DNA of 50,611 nt. Source: an uncultured Planctomycetaceae bacterium (lineage in GTDB: Bacteria; Planctomycetota; Planctomycetia; Planctomycetales; Planctomycetaceae). Under the pieces are notes generated by a model that saw only the letters and a program-made list of their open reading frames with translations, had not been told where the DNA came from and did no database searches. The DNA lies in contig CAXBME010000042.1 of assembly GCA_963976765.1 (NCBI GenBank), forward strand, positions 1 to 50,611, given 5' to 3'. Position 1 is the first letter of the stretch; every line of letters starts with the position of its first letter. Below are positions 8,501 to 18,946 of this stretch, piece by piece. The position numbers and the translations under genes are program-made.

Positions 8501-8555
8501 ACCTGCGACCTCTGCACCCCCAGTGCAGCGCTCTACCAAGCTGAGCCACGTCCCG
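8482..8555 (-). tRNA. tRNA-Pro (anticodon GGG), CCA not encoded
   Basis: Full cloverleaf of 74 nt: CGGGACG acceptor stem, GCTC/GAGC D-stem, CTGCA-CTGGGGG-TGCAG anticodon arm, GCAGG-TTCAAAT-CCTGT T-arm, discriminator A. Confidence 0.97.
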
Positions 8556-8992
8556 TTTTGCGTCTGTCGCCGGAGATGATTGCTGGCTCCTGCGTCGGAC
8601 GGGGCGGATGGTATTTGCGGGGGTGTCGTGATGCAACTCCCGAACAGTGCCGTTACTCTCATGGATTTTGCCAGTTCGGAGCTTCAAGAGATGGACGTCG
8701 GAGAAACGTTGCGTCGTCTGTTTTCCGCTGATGGGCGATTATTCGGGATGGCGTCTGGGCACTACTGCTGGGGATGGGGATGCACTATTGCCGCACTTTC
8801 AGCGGGAACCGTTTCGCCGCCTGATTGTGAATTCGGTTCTGTGGTTCGCCCGAGTTGACGTGCCAGAGCAGGGGGCTGGTATCGATCTGCCAGCCAGTCA
8901 ACTTGCACTTCACGAATGGCCGGAGAAGCAGCGACGTATCCGAAATTGTTGAGGCAGAACCTTTGGGATGTTCTCGAGAAAGAGTTGAACGG

Positions 8993-10027
8993 ATGAGCGA
9001 GAAATTGCGGATCGGAGTGCTCGGGCTTTCGCACGACCACGTTTGGAGCAATGTGCAGTCTCTGGTTGAACGCGACGATGTCGAACTCGTTGGAGCGGCA
9101 GAATCTCGCGAGGAGTTACGTCGTAAGTTCAGCAATGAGTTCGAGCTTGACGTCGTTGCCGATTCTGAATCACTTCTGAGCAGTACCGAACTGGACGCGG
9201 TTTACGTTTTCTCCAGCAATACCGAAGGAGCGGCGCTGGCCATTGCTGCGGCAGAGCGGGGGCTGCATGTTCTCGTCGAGAAGCCGATGGCCGCGTCGCT
9301 GGCTCAGGCTGATGCGATGCTGGCTGCGGCTCGGCGGAACAATGTCCGACTGATGATCAACTGGCCGTTCGCCTGGTGGCCGCAGCTTCAACATGCGTTG
9401 CGACTTGCTGATGAGGGAGCCATCGGGAATCTCTGGCAGGTGAAGTACCGGGCTGCTCATGCAGGGCCGCAGGAACTCGGTTGTTCGCCAGCGTTCTGTG
9501 ACTGGCTGTTCGATCCAGAGTTGAATGGCGGCGGAGCATTAATGGACTATTGCTGCTACGGCGCGGTTCTTGCCCGAGTGCTGATGGGTGTTCCCAGCCG
9601 AGTGACTGCGCTGACCGGTCGCTTCTGCAAAGAGAACATCACGGTCGAGGATAACGCATTTCTGGCGATGACTTATCCTCGCGGGATGGCTACGGCAGAA
9701 GGTTCGTGGACACAGATTGGCAAGCTTACCAGTTACACGACAGCGCTGTACGGAGATGCCGGAACCTTGCTGGTTGAACCTCGCGACGGCGGTCGACTGT
9801 TTCTGGCCACGGTCGACGATCCTGAAGGCAGCGAAGTCGAAGTGCCGCCATCCGCTGAGCATCTCAAGAATTCGGCCGCGCACTTTCTGCATGGCATTCG
9901 CACGGGTGAGCCGTTCCAGCCGCTCTGTCAGGATCGAATCTGTCGGGACACGCAGGAGATTCTGGAAGGCGGCCAGCAGTCTGTCGAAGCCGGTAGCGAA
10001 GTCAGCTTGCCTCTTGCGATTCTGTAA
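8993..10027 (+). CDS. Gfo/Idh/MocA-family oxidoreductase
   Basis: LRIGVLGLSH Rossmann start, HVLVEKPMA, GGGALMDYCCY. Start reassigned to ATG 8993. Confidence 0.9.
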   Translation: MSEKLRIGVLGLSHDHVWSNVQSLVERDDVELVGAAESREELRRKFSNEFELDVVADSESLLSSTELDAVYVFSSNTEGAALAIAAAERGLHVLVEKPMAASLAQADAMLAAARRNNVRLMINWPFAWWPQLQHALRLADEGAIGNLWQVKYRAAHAGPQELGCSPAFCDWLFDPELNGGGALMDYCCYGAVLARVLMGVPSRVTALTGRFCKENITVEDNAFLAMTYPRGMATAEGSWTQIGKLTSYTTALYGDAGTLLVEPRDGGRLFLATVDDPEGSEVEVPPSAEHLKNSAAHFLHGIRTGEPFQPLCQDRICRDTQEILEGGQQSVEAGSEVSLPLAIL

Positions 10028-10065
10028 TCTGAATTCGGATTTTGACCCGAGTCGGGAGTTTCTTC

Positions 10066-11556
10066 ATGAAGGATCATGTTCTGACGCTGGACCAGGGGAC
10101 GACGTCAAGTCGCGCCATCATCTTTTCGAAAGACGGACTTGCAACAGCCAGGGCTCAGCAGGAGTTCCCGCAGCTCTTTCCTCAGCCGGGACACGTTGAG
10201 CACGACCCGGAGGCGATCTGGGAGTCGCAGCTTGCCACGGCGAAGACGGCGATCGATCAAGCCGGCGTCGGTGCAGAGCGGCTTGCCGCGATCGGCATCA
10301 CCAATCAGCGAGAGACGACCATCCTTTGGGAACGCGATACGGGCAGGCCGGTCGCCAACGCGATCGTCTGGCAAAGTCGGATCACGGCGAAAATCTGCGA
10401 GCAGCTCCGAAGCGACGGCTACGAAGAGCTTTTCAAGCAGAAGACCGGCCTGGTCCTCGATGCTTACTTTTCAGGGACGAAGATTCGATACCTGCTCGAT
10501 CAGATCGACGGTTTACGAACGCGGGCGGAGCGTGGCGAAATTCTCTTCGGAACGGTCGACACGTTTCTGGCGTGGAGACTGTCGGGCGGAAAGCTGCACA
10601 TTACCGACGTCAGCAACGCCAGTCGGACGCTGCTGTTCAACATTCACACGCTGGACTGGGATGACGAGCTGCTGGAAATTCTCCATGTTCCGCGAGCATT
10701 GCTGCCGGAGGTTCGAGCGTCGAGCGAGGTTTACGGCGAGACCGATCCCGCGTTGTTTGGAAAGGCGATTCCGATTGCAGGCATCGCCGGAGACCAGCAG
10801 GCGGCGACGTTCGGGCAGGGATGCTTTGAACCGGGCCAGGCAAAGAACACGTACGGCACCGGATGCTTCCTCCTGATGAACACCGGCGACAAACCGGTTG
10901 TTTCGAACAACGGCCTGCTGACAACGGTCGGATGGAAAGTCGACGGGAAGGTTACATACTGTCTGGAAGGTTCGGTCTTCGTTGCCGGGGCGGTTGTGCA
11001 ATGGCTCCGCGATGGGTTGCAGTTTTTCGAAGACGCGTTCGAGGTCGAGCAACTGGCTCGTTCGGTCGACTCAACCGATGGCGTGTTTCTGGTTCCGGCT
11101 TTTGTCGGATTGGGGGCTCCGTACTGGAACTCCGACGCGCGCGGAACGCTGGTCGGCATGACTCGTGGCACGACGCGGGCACACATCGCGCGAGCAGCTC
11201 TCGAAGCCATCGCCTATCAGGCAAGAGACGTCCTGGACGCGATGGAGCAGGACTGCGGACAGTCGCTCGACATCCTTCGAGTCGATGGTGGAGCGACCGC
11301 GAATTCGCTGCTGATGCAGTTTCAGTCGGACCTGTTGGGAGTCTCCGTGCAGCGTCCGGTCGTTGGAGAAACAACAGCTCTGGGAGCCGCCTACCTGGCC
11401 GGACTGGCGACCGGCGTTTGGGAAAGCCAGGCTGACGTGTCGACGAACTGGCAACTAGATCACGAATTCCACCCCTCATCCGACCGCTCGCCAACCGATC
11501 AGCTTTACGCCGACTGGAAACGCGCCGTCGAGCGGTCGCTTAACTGGAAGCAGTAG
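10066..11556 (+). CDS. glpK: Glycerol kinase
   Basis: [46 protein letters not shown] and ETTALGAA motifs. Confidence 0.97.
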   Translation: MKDHVLTLDQGTTSSRAIIFSKDGLATARAQQEFPQLFPQPGHVEHDPEAIWESQLATAKTAIDQAGVGAERLAAIGITNQRETTILWERDTGRPVANAIVWQSRITAKICEQLRSDGYEELFKQKTGLVLDAYFSGTKIRYLLDQIDGLRTRAERGEILFGTVDTFLAWRLSGGKLHITDVSNASRTLLFNIHTLDWDDELLEILHVPRALLPEVRASSEVYGETDPALFGKAIPIAGIAGDQQAATFGQGCFEPGQAKNTYGTGCFLLMNTGDKPVVSNNGLLTTVGWKVDGKVTYCLEGSVFVAGAVVQWLRDGLQFFEDAFEVEQLARSVDSTDGVFLVPAFVGLGAPYWNSDARGTLVGMTRGTTRAHIARAALEAIAYQARDVLDAMEQDCGQSLDILRVDGGATANSLLMQFQSDLLGVSVQRPVVGETTALGAAYLAGLATGVWESQADVSTNWQLDHEFHPSSDRSPTDQLYADWKRAVERSLNWKQ

Positions 11557-11611
11557 GCGTTGAAGATCTGTCACCATTCAACTTTGTGAAGCCACCTGGA
11601 AAGAAAAATCG

Positions 11612-12001
11612 ATGTCAGCACTCAGAATTAATGTCGTCTGCTGCGACGACTCGCCGCAGAAATTTTCGCAGATCGTACAGGCCGAGCTGGATGCGGCACT
11701 GCTGGACCAGCTGCTGCTGGACACGGTCGAGCAGGAAGTGGCGGCTGGAGAAGCTCGCGGTCTGCACAACGCGGCTCATCATGCGGAGCATGGTCCGGTC
11801 ACCTACCTTCAGCAGGTACACGACGGCGGATTCTCAATTCTGTTCGGCAATCCGGACAACCAGCAGGAAACATTCTTCGGAGCGGGGTCATACGTGGCCT
11901 TCATCGACGACGAAGGCCCCGGCCACGGCTCCCGAGTCAGCTCCGAAGGCGTCAAACGAACGCTGCGAATTCTCAAAGGGCACATTGATACGAAGGGATG
12001 A
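11612..12001 (+). CDS. Hypothetical protein (129 aa)
   Basis: Co-oriented ORF downstream of glpK with plausible composition; no family recognised. Confidence 0.55.
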   Translation: MSALRINVVCCDDSPQKFSQIVQAELDAALLDQLLLDTVEQEVAAGEARGLHNAAHHAEHGPVTYLQQVHDGGFSILFGNPDNQQETFFGAGSYVAFIDDEGPGHGSRVSSEGVKRTLRILKGHIDTKG

Positions 12002-12083
12002 ACGTAACAACGCTCTGCGGACGATTTGTCGTTTTGTCGGTCTGTCAGAAAAGGCACGGCGATGACGAGGAAACGAGCATTAC

Positions 12084-12267
12084 GGGCACGGAGAAGACGT
12101 CGTTCCCGCCTCTGCTGCAGGGGCGGTACTATGCCGATTTCCGTGACGAGGATTCTGACTTCATTGTGACGTTCGACCTGATGCTGACCCTGTACGGCGT
12201 GAGCTTCGCACTGCCCGGCATCAAAGAATGGCGACGGACGTTGCGCGGTCGAGAGTTTTGTTCGTAG
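12084..12267 (+). pseudogene. Possible C-terminal fragment of a TIR/SEFIR-like protein
   Basis: GTEKTSFPPLLQGRYYADFRDE...FDLMLTLY resembles the PPLL-GR-YADF tail of bacterial TIR/SEFIR domains. No N-terminal part is visible. Confidence 0.4.
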
Positions 12268-12443
12268 CCGCTGTCTGGAACTGCGAGGAGTCTGTTTCAG
12301 CCGGCTTTCCGGGTATTGCCGGGTGTAACTGCTGATGGATGGTCATAGTACGGGTCTGATTGCGTCGTCGGTTGAATTCCTGCGTCCAGGCAGCCAGGTT
12401 CCGGGGCTTCAATGGTGCCTCAGATACCAGATGGGAGTGGCAA

Positions 12444-14438
12444 ATGGCGATGCGAATTGTGCTGGCAATTCTTCTGACCATAACGGCATGTACTGCTGAG
12501 ACGGTCGCCGAAGATCTCAATTGCCTGACCGAAGCCGAGCAGGCAGCTTCGAAGTTGTACGCTCATCTTCAGGCAGAGGCTTACGAAGCTCTTGATCGGC
12601 GAGCGGAAGCGTACGAAGAGCTGAAGACACCGGAGCAGATCGCAGCTTATCAGCAGAAATTGCGTCGCCTCATGACGATGCAGTTGGGCGGTTTTCCGGA
12701 GAAGACGCCGCTTAATGCGAGAACGGTCGGAACGATCGAGGCGGATGGATATCGGATTGAAAAGGTCATCTTCGACAGTCAGCCGCAGCATCGCATCACG
12801 GCGAATCTTTACCTGCCGAATGCTGCCGGGAAGGTTCCGGCGATCGCGGTTTCCAGCGGCCACAGTCGAACGGCCAAGACCGCCGACTACAACCAGCGGT
12901 TCGGAATCAGCATGGCAAAGCACGGCATGGCGGCGCTTTGTTTTGACCCGATTGGTCAGGGCGAGCGGTCACAGATTCTGACAGCCGAAGGACATCCTCA
13001 ACACAATGGCACGACGACGGAACACTTTCTGATCGGAGTCGGCTCGACGCTCGTCGGGCGAAACACGGCTCGGTACCGGGTCTGGGATGCGATGCGGGCG
13101 ATCGATTATCTGGTCAGTCGGCCTGAGATTGATGCCACAAAGATTGGTTTCACTGGCTGCTCCGGAGGTGGCACTCTGACAAGTTATGTGATGGCTCTGG
13201 ACGATCGAGTCGCCTGTGCGGCTCCGGCTTGTTACCTGACGACGTTTCGTCACCTGGTCGAAACGATCGGTCCGCAGGATGCTGAGCAGAATATTTTCGG
13301 GCAGCTCAAGTTCGGGCTCGATCATCCAGACTACGTCCTCATGCGGGCTCCGAGGCCAACGCTCATCAGCTCAACGACTGGAGATTATTTCAGCATTGAA
13401 GGTGCCTGGCAGAACTACCGTCAGGCAAAGCGGGTTTACGGTCGACTTGGTTTTCCGGAACGGGTTGACCTGGTCGAAGTCGAAGGCCGGCACGGCGTGC
13501 ATCCTCAGAATCTGGCAACGATCACGCACTGGTTCAAGCGGTGGCTGCTCGGTCAGGACGAGCCGGTCGCCGCTGCTGCATTGCCAACCCTTTCGGAAGC
13601 AGAGTTGCTCTGCACGAAGTCCGGCCAGGTGTTGACGGAGTTCTCTGATGAGCTTTCGGTTTTTGATTTGAACGCTGTTTACGAATCGGAACTTGCAGAG
13701 AAGCGAGTTGCTCGATGGCGAGGGAGCGACAATAAAAAGCTGGATTCTCTGGTCAGAGAGACCATCGGTGTTCGGTCCGATGCGGAGCTGAAGCCGCCGA
13801 AGTTCGAAGACGTCGATCGAGTTCAGCGGGAAAACTATCACATCGACAAGCTGATTCTTCGAACGGAGTCGGGGATTCCGCTGCCGGGTTTGACTTTCCA
13901 CCCGCCATCACCAGATGACGATGCCTATCTCTATCTGCACGAGGGCGGAAAGCTGGGCGACTCAGAAGCGGATGGTCCTATTGAAGACCTGATTTCCGAA
14001 GGCTACGCAGTCGTCACCGTCGATCTGCGAGGGCAGGGCGAAACGGGGGCAGGCAATCGAGACGCCACATTAACCGACTGGAAAACGTTCTCCCTGAATT
14101 ATCTGCTCGGCAAGTCACTCGTCGGGTTGCGAGTGGAAGACGCGCTCGCCGCAGCCGACTTCGTCGCCTTCTACCAGAAAAAAAGAGACTCACCGCGAAA
14201 GGTGCATCTGGTCGGCGTTGGTCATGCCGGCATTGTGGCTCTGCATGCCGCCGCTTTGAACCCGGAGCTTTTCGCATCGGTCACGTTGAAGAAGACTCCC
14301 CGCAGTTGGGCATCGGTTGTCAGGCTAAGGTCCCCCGCCGGCCACCTCGACAGTACCGTCCACGGAGCACTCGCCGTCTACGACCTCCCCGATCTGGTCC
14401 GCCTTGCCGGAAAAGACAAAGTCCGGTTTGAGGATTAA
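12444..14438 (+). CDS. Secreted alpha/beta-hydrolase (acetylxylan-esterase-like, two hydrolase-like domains)
   Basis: Signal peptide MRIVLAILLTITACTA, DPIGQGER, nucleophile elbow GCSGGG, and a second DLRGQGE domain. Confidence 0.85.
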   Translation: MAMRIVLAILLTITACTAETVAEDLNCLTEAEQAASKLYAHLQAEAYEALDRRAEAYEELKTPEQIAAYQQKLRRLMTMQLGGFPEKTPLNARTVGTIEADGYRIEKVIFDSQPQHRITANLYLPNAAGKVPAIAVSSGHSRTAKTADYNQRFGISMAKHGMAALCFDPIGQGERSQILTAEGHPQHNGTTTEHFLIGVGSTLVGRNTARYRVWDAMRAIDYLVSRPEIDATKIGFTGCSGGGTLTSYVMALDDRVACAAPACYLTTFRHLVETIGPQDAEQNIFGQLKFGLDHPDYVLMRAPRPTLISSTTGDYFSIEGAWQNYRQAKRVYGRLGFPERVDLVEVEGRHGVHPQNLATITHWFKRWLLGQDEPVAAAALPTLSEAELLCTKSGQVLTEFSDELSVFDLNAVYESELAEKRVARWRGSDNKKLDSLVRETIGVRSDAELKPPKFEDVDRVQRENYHIDKLILRTESGIPLPGLTFHPPSPDDDAYLYLHEGGKLGDSEADGPIEDLISEGYAVVTVDLRGQGETGAGNRDATLTDWKTFSLNYLLGKSLVGLRVEDALAAADFVAFYQKKRDSPRKVHLVGVGHAGIVALHAAALNPELFASVTLKKTPRSWASVVRLRSPAGHLDSTVHGALAVYDLPDLVRLAGKDKVRFED

Positions 14439-17400
14439 TGATGAGTCACGTTATTTATTCTGATGCTGTGTTGTCTCCTTGTTCCAGGCGATGTCGCAGG
14501 TTTGCGGTTTGGAGCGTGGCAATTACGACTCTCCTTGGCGGGGGTGTTGCAAGAGCTACGCTCGCTGATGATCCAACGGCAAAAGGATCGGAACTCGAAA
14601 AGCAGTTTCAGAATGCGGTCCTGCCATTTCTCAATGTCTACTGTCTCGATTGCCATGGAAATGATGATCCGGCGGCAAAGCTTGATTTAAGTGGCTATAC
14701 ATCGGCTGAAAAAGTGGCGAAGGAGCATCAGACGTGGGCGATCGTGCTGGATCGATTGCGGACGGGTGAAATGCCGCCGAAGGACTCGGAGCCGCAGCCG
14801 ACACTCCAGCAGCGCGAGTCTGTAATCAGGTGGATTAACGCCGCCCGTGATTTTGAGGCAGCGCGAAATGCCGGTGATCCGGGGCCGGTGCTCGCGCGGC
14901 GACTGAGTAACTCGGAATATAACTTCTCGATTCGCGATCTGACCGGCGTCGATATTCAGCCGACGAAAACGTTTCCCGTCGATCCGGCGAACGAGGCCGG
15001 ATTTGATAACTCGGGCGAATCACTGGCCATGTCGCCGGCGCTGTTGAAGAAGTATCTCGAAGCCGCTCGGGAAGTCGCTGAGCATCTGGTGCTGCGTCCG
15101 GATGGGATCGCGTTTGCTCCGCATTCGGTCGTGACAGACACCGACCGGGACAAGTACTGCGTCAAGCGGATCGTCGCGTTTTACGAGAAGCAGCCGAGCG
15201 ATCTGGCGGACTACTTTTTCGCAGCGTGGCGGCATCAACAGCGGCTCAATCAGGTCGACGGGAACACGGCGGCTGGTGACGCGACTCTCGTGGCGGTTGC
15301 GAGTGAAAATCGAGTCAGCGCAAAGTATCTCGCGACGGTTTGGGACTTGCTGATCGATGAAGCTCCCGAGCGAACCGTTGGGCCGGTTGCGACTTTGCAG
15401 ACAATGTGGAGAACTCTGTCAGGCGACGCCGCGTCGGTTGATGACGCCCGGAAAAGCTGTGCAGTGATGCGGGACTTTGTGGTCGAACTGCGGAACAAGC
15501 TCCGACCGAGCTTTCCGAACATCACTGTCGAGGGAAGTCACGTCGGATCGCAGACATTCGTGCTGTGGAAGAATCGGCAGTACGTCGAGCATCGTCGGAA
15601 ACTGGATGTCGCGAAGCTACAGATTGAGGGCGTTGCAGACGAGCCGGATGAGAAGAGCGACCCGAAGAAAAACGGGGAGAAAAAGGACGAAGAGAAAAAA
15701 GACGATGCTCTGCCGTTTGATGAGGATCTGCTCGTGCCGGCGGACGAGGCTGAGCGTGCTCGGCACGCCGCCGCGTTTGAGCGGTTCTGCTCGGTGTTTC
15801 CCGACGCGTTTTTCATTTCTGAACGCGGACGGGATTACGTCAAAAACGAACAGAAGCAAATGGGAGAAAAAGGGCGTCTGCTGAGTGCGGGTTTTCACAG
15901 CATGATGGGGTACTTCCGCGACGACGGCCCGCTGTACGACATGATTCTTGACGAGGCGGGACAGCGGGAACTAGATGGCCTCTGGCAGGAACTCGACTTC
16001 GTGACGTCCGCTCCGATGCGGCAGTACGAGGGCTTTTTATGGTTCGAGCGGACGGACTCGCGCTACATGCGCGATCCGCAGTTCGACTTCGCTCGACCTG
16101 AGGACAAGGCCGCGCTCAGTGAAGAAATGATCGAGAAACTGGCGGACGTGTACCTCGAAAAGGCGGCGTTGAATGGCGGCGGCGAGGTCGAACTGGAAGC
16201 GATCCGGCACTACTTCCGCGAGATCAACCGGCAGATTCGCTGGGTCGAGCAGGCTCGCGTTGACGCAGAAGCGAGCCATCTGGACGCGATCATCGAGTTC
16301 GCCGGCCGAGCGTTTCGGCGACGCCTTTCAACGACGGAGCGAGAGGAGCTCGTCGCGTTTTATCGAGCGTTGAGGATCGACGACGGGCTCAGTCATGAAG
16401 AGGCGATTCAGGACACGCTGGTCTCGGTGCTGATGTCGCCCCTGTTCTGTTACCGGGTTGATCTGCTGGAAATCGGATCGGGGCGGCGCTCGCTGACTGA
16501 CGACGAACTCGCGTGCCGATTGAGTTACTTCCTGTGGTCGAGCACTCCCGATGCGGAGCTGATGAAACTCGCCGCCGCCGGCACTCTTCGGCAGCGGGAA
16601 GTTCTGTCGGCTCAGGTTCAACGAATGCTGCAGGACGACCGCGTGCGCGGACTGGCGACTGAATTCGTTGGCAACTGGCTCGATTTCCGGCGATTCGAGG
16701 AGCACAACAGCGTCGACCGAAATCGCTTCCCCGAATTCACCGACTCGCTGCGGCAGGCGATGTTCGAAGAGCCGGTTCGGTTCTTCATGGACGTCGCGCA
16801 GCAGGATCGTTCCGTGCTGCAGTTTCTCGATGGTCGGCACACATTCGTGAACGCGGAGCTGGCGCGGCATTACGGAATCCCGGTCAGCCAGCAGGTCGGC
16901 ATTCCGAGAACGACGATCGCGACGAGTGCCGAAGGCGACGTCGGACAGGCAGACCCTCGCATCTGGATCCGCATCGACGACGCTTCTGAGTATGGTCGAG
17001 GCGGGTTGCTGCCGATGTCGGTCTTTCTGACGAAGAACGCTCCGGGGCTACGGACCAGTCCGGTGAAACGCGGTTACTGGGTCGTGCGTCGCCTGCTGGG
17101 AGAGAGGATTCCGCCGCCTCCGCCGAACGTGCCCGAACTGCCGGAAGACGAATCGAAACTTGGCGACCTGACATTGCGCGAGGCTCTGGCGAAGCATCGA
17201 GAGAACGTGGCGTGTGCCGGGTGTCATGAACGAATCGACTCGATCGGACTCGCGTTCGAGGGCTTCGGGCCAGTCGGCGAACGTCGCGATCTGGATCTTG
17301 GCGGTCGCCCGATCGATGCAAATGCGGTATTTCCAGGCGGCACAGCGGGGCAGGGCGTTGAGGATTTACGAAAGTACCTGATGACTCATCGACGTGAAGA

Positions 17401-17599
17401 ATTTGTCGATAACCTGATTCGAAAACTGGTATCTTATGCTCTCGGTCGAAGCCTTATTCTGCCCGATGAACTGCTGATTCGAGATCTGCACGAGAAGCTC
17501 AAAACGGACAACTACCGATTTGGAAGTCTTGTTGAAAACATTGTTACCAGCACTCAGTTTTTCAATAAACGTGGTTCGAACTACCTCGCCAGAGAATGA
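14438..17599 (+). CDS. Planctomycete DUF1592/DUF1588/DUF1585/DUF1587/DUF1595 protein with c-type heme motifs
   Basis: CLDCH...MPP cytochrome domain, RRLSNSEY, RLSYFLWSS.PD, TSPVKRG.WV, CAGCH. Confidence 0.92.
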   Translation: MMSHVIYSDAVLSPCSRRCRRFAVWSVAITTLLGGGVARATLADDPTAKGSELEKQFQNAVLPFLNVYCLDCHGNDDPAAKLDLSGYTSAEKVAKEHQTWAIVLDRLRTGEMPPKDSEPQPTLQQRESVIRWINAARDFEAARNAGDPGPVLARRLSNSEYNFSIRDLTGVDIQPTKTFPVDPANEAGFDNSGESLAMSPALLKKYLEAAREVAEHLVLRPDGIAFAPHSVVTDTDRDKYCVKRIVAFYEKQPSDLADYFFAAWRHQQRLNQVDGNTAAGDATLVAVASENRVSAKYLATVWDLLIDEAPERTVGPVATLQTMWRTLSGDAASVDDARKSCAVMRDFVVELRNKLRPSFPNITVEGSHVGSQTFVLWKNRQYVEHRRKLDVAKLQIEGVADEPDEKSDPKKNGEKKDEEKKDDALPFDEDLLVPADEAERARHAAAFERFCSVFPDAFFISERGRDYVKNEQKQMGEKGRLLSAGFHSMMGYFRDDGPLYDMILDEAGQRELDGLWQELDFVTSAPMRQYEGFLWFERTDSRYMRDPQFDFARPEDKAALSEEMIEKLADVYLEKAALNGGGEVELEAIRHYFREINRQIRWVEQARVDAEASHLDAIIEFAGRAFRRRLSTTEREELVAFYRALRIDDGLSHEEAIQDTLVSVLMSPLFCYRVDLLEIGSGRRSLTDDELACRLSYFLWSSTPDAELMKLAAAGTLRQREVLSAQVQRMLQDDRVRGLATEFVGNWLDFRRFEEHNSVDRNRFPEFTDSLRQAMFEEPVRFFMDVAQQDRSVLQFLDGRHTFVNAELARHYGIPVSQQVGIPRTTIATSAEGDVGQADPRIWIRIDDASEYGRGGLLPMSVFLTKNAPGLRTSPVKRGYWVVRRLLGERIPPPPPNVPELPEDESKLGDLTLREALAKHRENVACAGCHERIDSIGLAFEGFGPVGERRDLDLGGRPIDANAVFPGGTAGQGVEDLRKYLMTHRREEFVDNLIRKLVSYALGRSLILPDELLIRDLHEKLKTDNYRFGSLVENIVTSTQFFNKRGSNYLARE

Positions 17600-17602
17600 A
17601 GC

Positions 17603-18946
17603 ATGAACAAATCATTGAAGCCCGCTTGCGGTCAACTTTCCCGTCGAACGCTGCTTCGTGGCGCTGGAGTCGCAATGGCTCTGCCCTGGCTGGAGTCGAT
17701 TCCAGTTTGGGGATTCGAGCCTTCAGTCGAGTCTGAAGCGAGCCCCTTCCCGAAGCGGTTCGGTGTGCTGTTCATGGCGTGCGGAATTCATCCGGACCAT
17801 TGGTGGGCGAAGGGAACTGGTTCCGGCATGGAACTTGGCAGGAGCCTGACGCCGCTGGAGCCTTTGAAAGAAAAAGTGAATGTGATCTCCGGCCTGTTCA
17901 ATAAGAACTCAACCGGCGTCGGCATTCACCCTGGACAGACCGGAAACATTCTTTCGGGTGCGTCACTTCAGAAGGGGGCGGAACTTCGAGGTGGCATCAG
18001 TGTTGATCAGGTTCTGGCGAACCATCTTGGTCAGGAGACGGCTCAGCCGAGCATGGTGCTGGGGTGCGAACAACCGATCACTGGCTACCACGAAACAAAC
18101 TTTTCGATGGCGTACAGTTCGCATATTTCGTGGCAGAACGCGACGTCTCCCGTGCCGATGGAAGTCTATCCGTCGCTGGCTTTTGACAGTCTGTTTGATA
18201 ATCGAGGCAGCCGTCGAAACAAGAGCGTGCTTGATCGAGTGAAGGGGCACGCGGCCAGTCTGAGTCGACAGGCGAGTGCTGGAGACCGATCGAAAATCGA
18301 CGAGTATCTCACCAGTGTCCGCGAAGTCGAAAAGCGGATCGATCGATTGCGAGCCGACCAGGACAAAGCGCTCGACCGCGCGAAGAACCGAGGCGAGTCC
18401 GTCGTGAAAATGGCTCGCCCGGACAACGGTCTTCCCGAAGATATTCGTGATCACATGCGCCTGATGTGTGACATCATCGCCCTTGCTTTTCAGACAGACA
18501 AAACGCGGATCGCGACGTTGCTGCTTTGTCGAGATATCTCCGGCTTGTTCTACCCGTTCCTCGACGTCCGGAATGCTCACCATTCAGCGTCCCATCACGA
18601 ACGCACGGACGAGTGGGAGCGGATTTCTCAATACTACTGCAGCCAGCTTGCCTACCTGGCCAGCCGACTTGATGCCATGCCTGAAGGCGACAGCACCGTG
18701 CTCGACAATTCGTGCCTGGTTTTTGTGAACAATATGTGGTCGGGTAGCCGTCACGATTCGACGAAGGTTCCGCTCGTCACTGCCGGATGTCTTGGTGGAA
18801 CTCTCAAGACGGGCCGAACGCTCGACTATCTGAAAGCCGGCGACGACAACCGAAAACTTTGCAGTTTCTACCTGTCGATCATGAATCGAATGGGCCTCGC
18901 GGCAAATCAGTTCGGCGATGCCAACACTCCACTGGCGAATCTGTAA
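17603..18946 (+). CDS. DUF1552 (HXXSHH) protein, Tat-type signal
   Basis: SRRTLLRGAGVAMALPWLES, ISVDQ, AFQTDKTRIAT and HSASHH; the usual partner of DUF1592. Confidence 0.92.
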   Translation: MNKSLKPACGQLSRRTLLRGAGVAMALPWLESIPVWGFEPSVESEASPFPKRFGVLFMACGIHPDHWWAKGTGSGMELGRSLTPLEPLKEKVNVISGLFNKNSTGVGIHPGQTGNILSGASLQKGAELRGGISVDQVLANHLGQETAQPSMVLGCEQPITGYHETNFSMAYSSHISWQNATSPVPMEVYPSLAFDSLFDNRGSRRNKSVLDRVKGHAASLSRQASAGDRSKIDEYLTSVREVEKRIDRLRADQDKALDRAKNRGESVVKMARPDNGLPEDIRDHMRLMCDIIALAFQTDKTRIATLLLCRDISGLFYPFLDVRNAHHSASHHERTDEWERISQYYCSQLAYLASRLDAMPEGDSTVLDNSCLVFVNNMWSGSRHDSTKVPLVTAGCLGGTLKTGRTLDYLKAGDDNRKLCSFYLSIMNRMGLAANQFGDANTPLANL

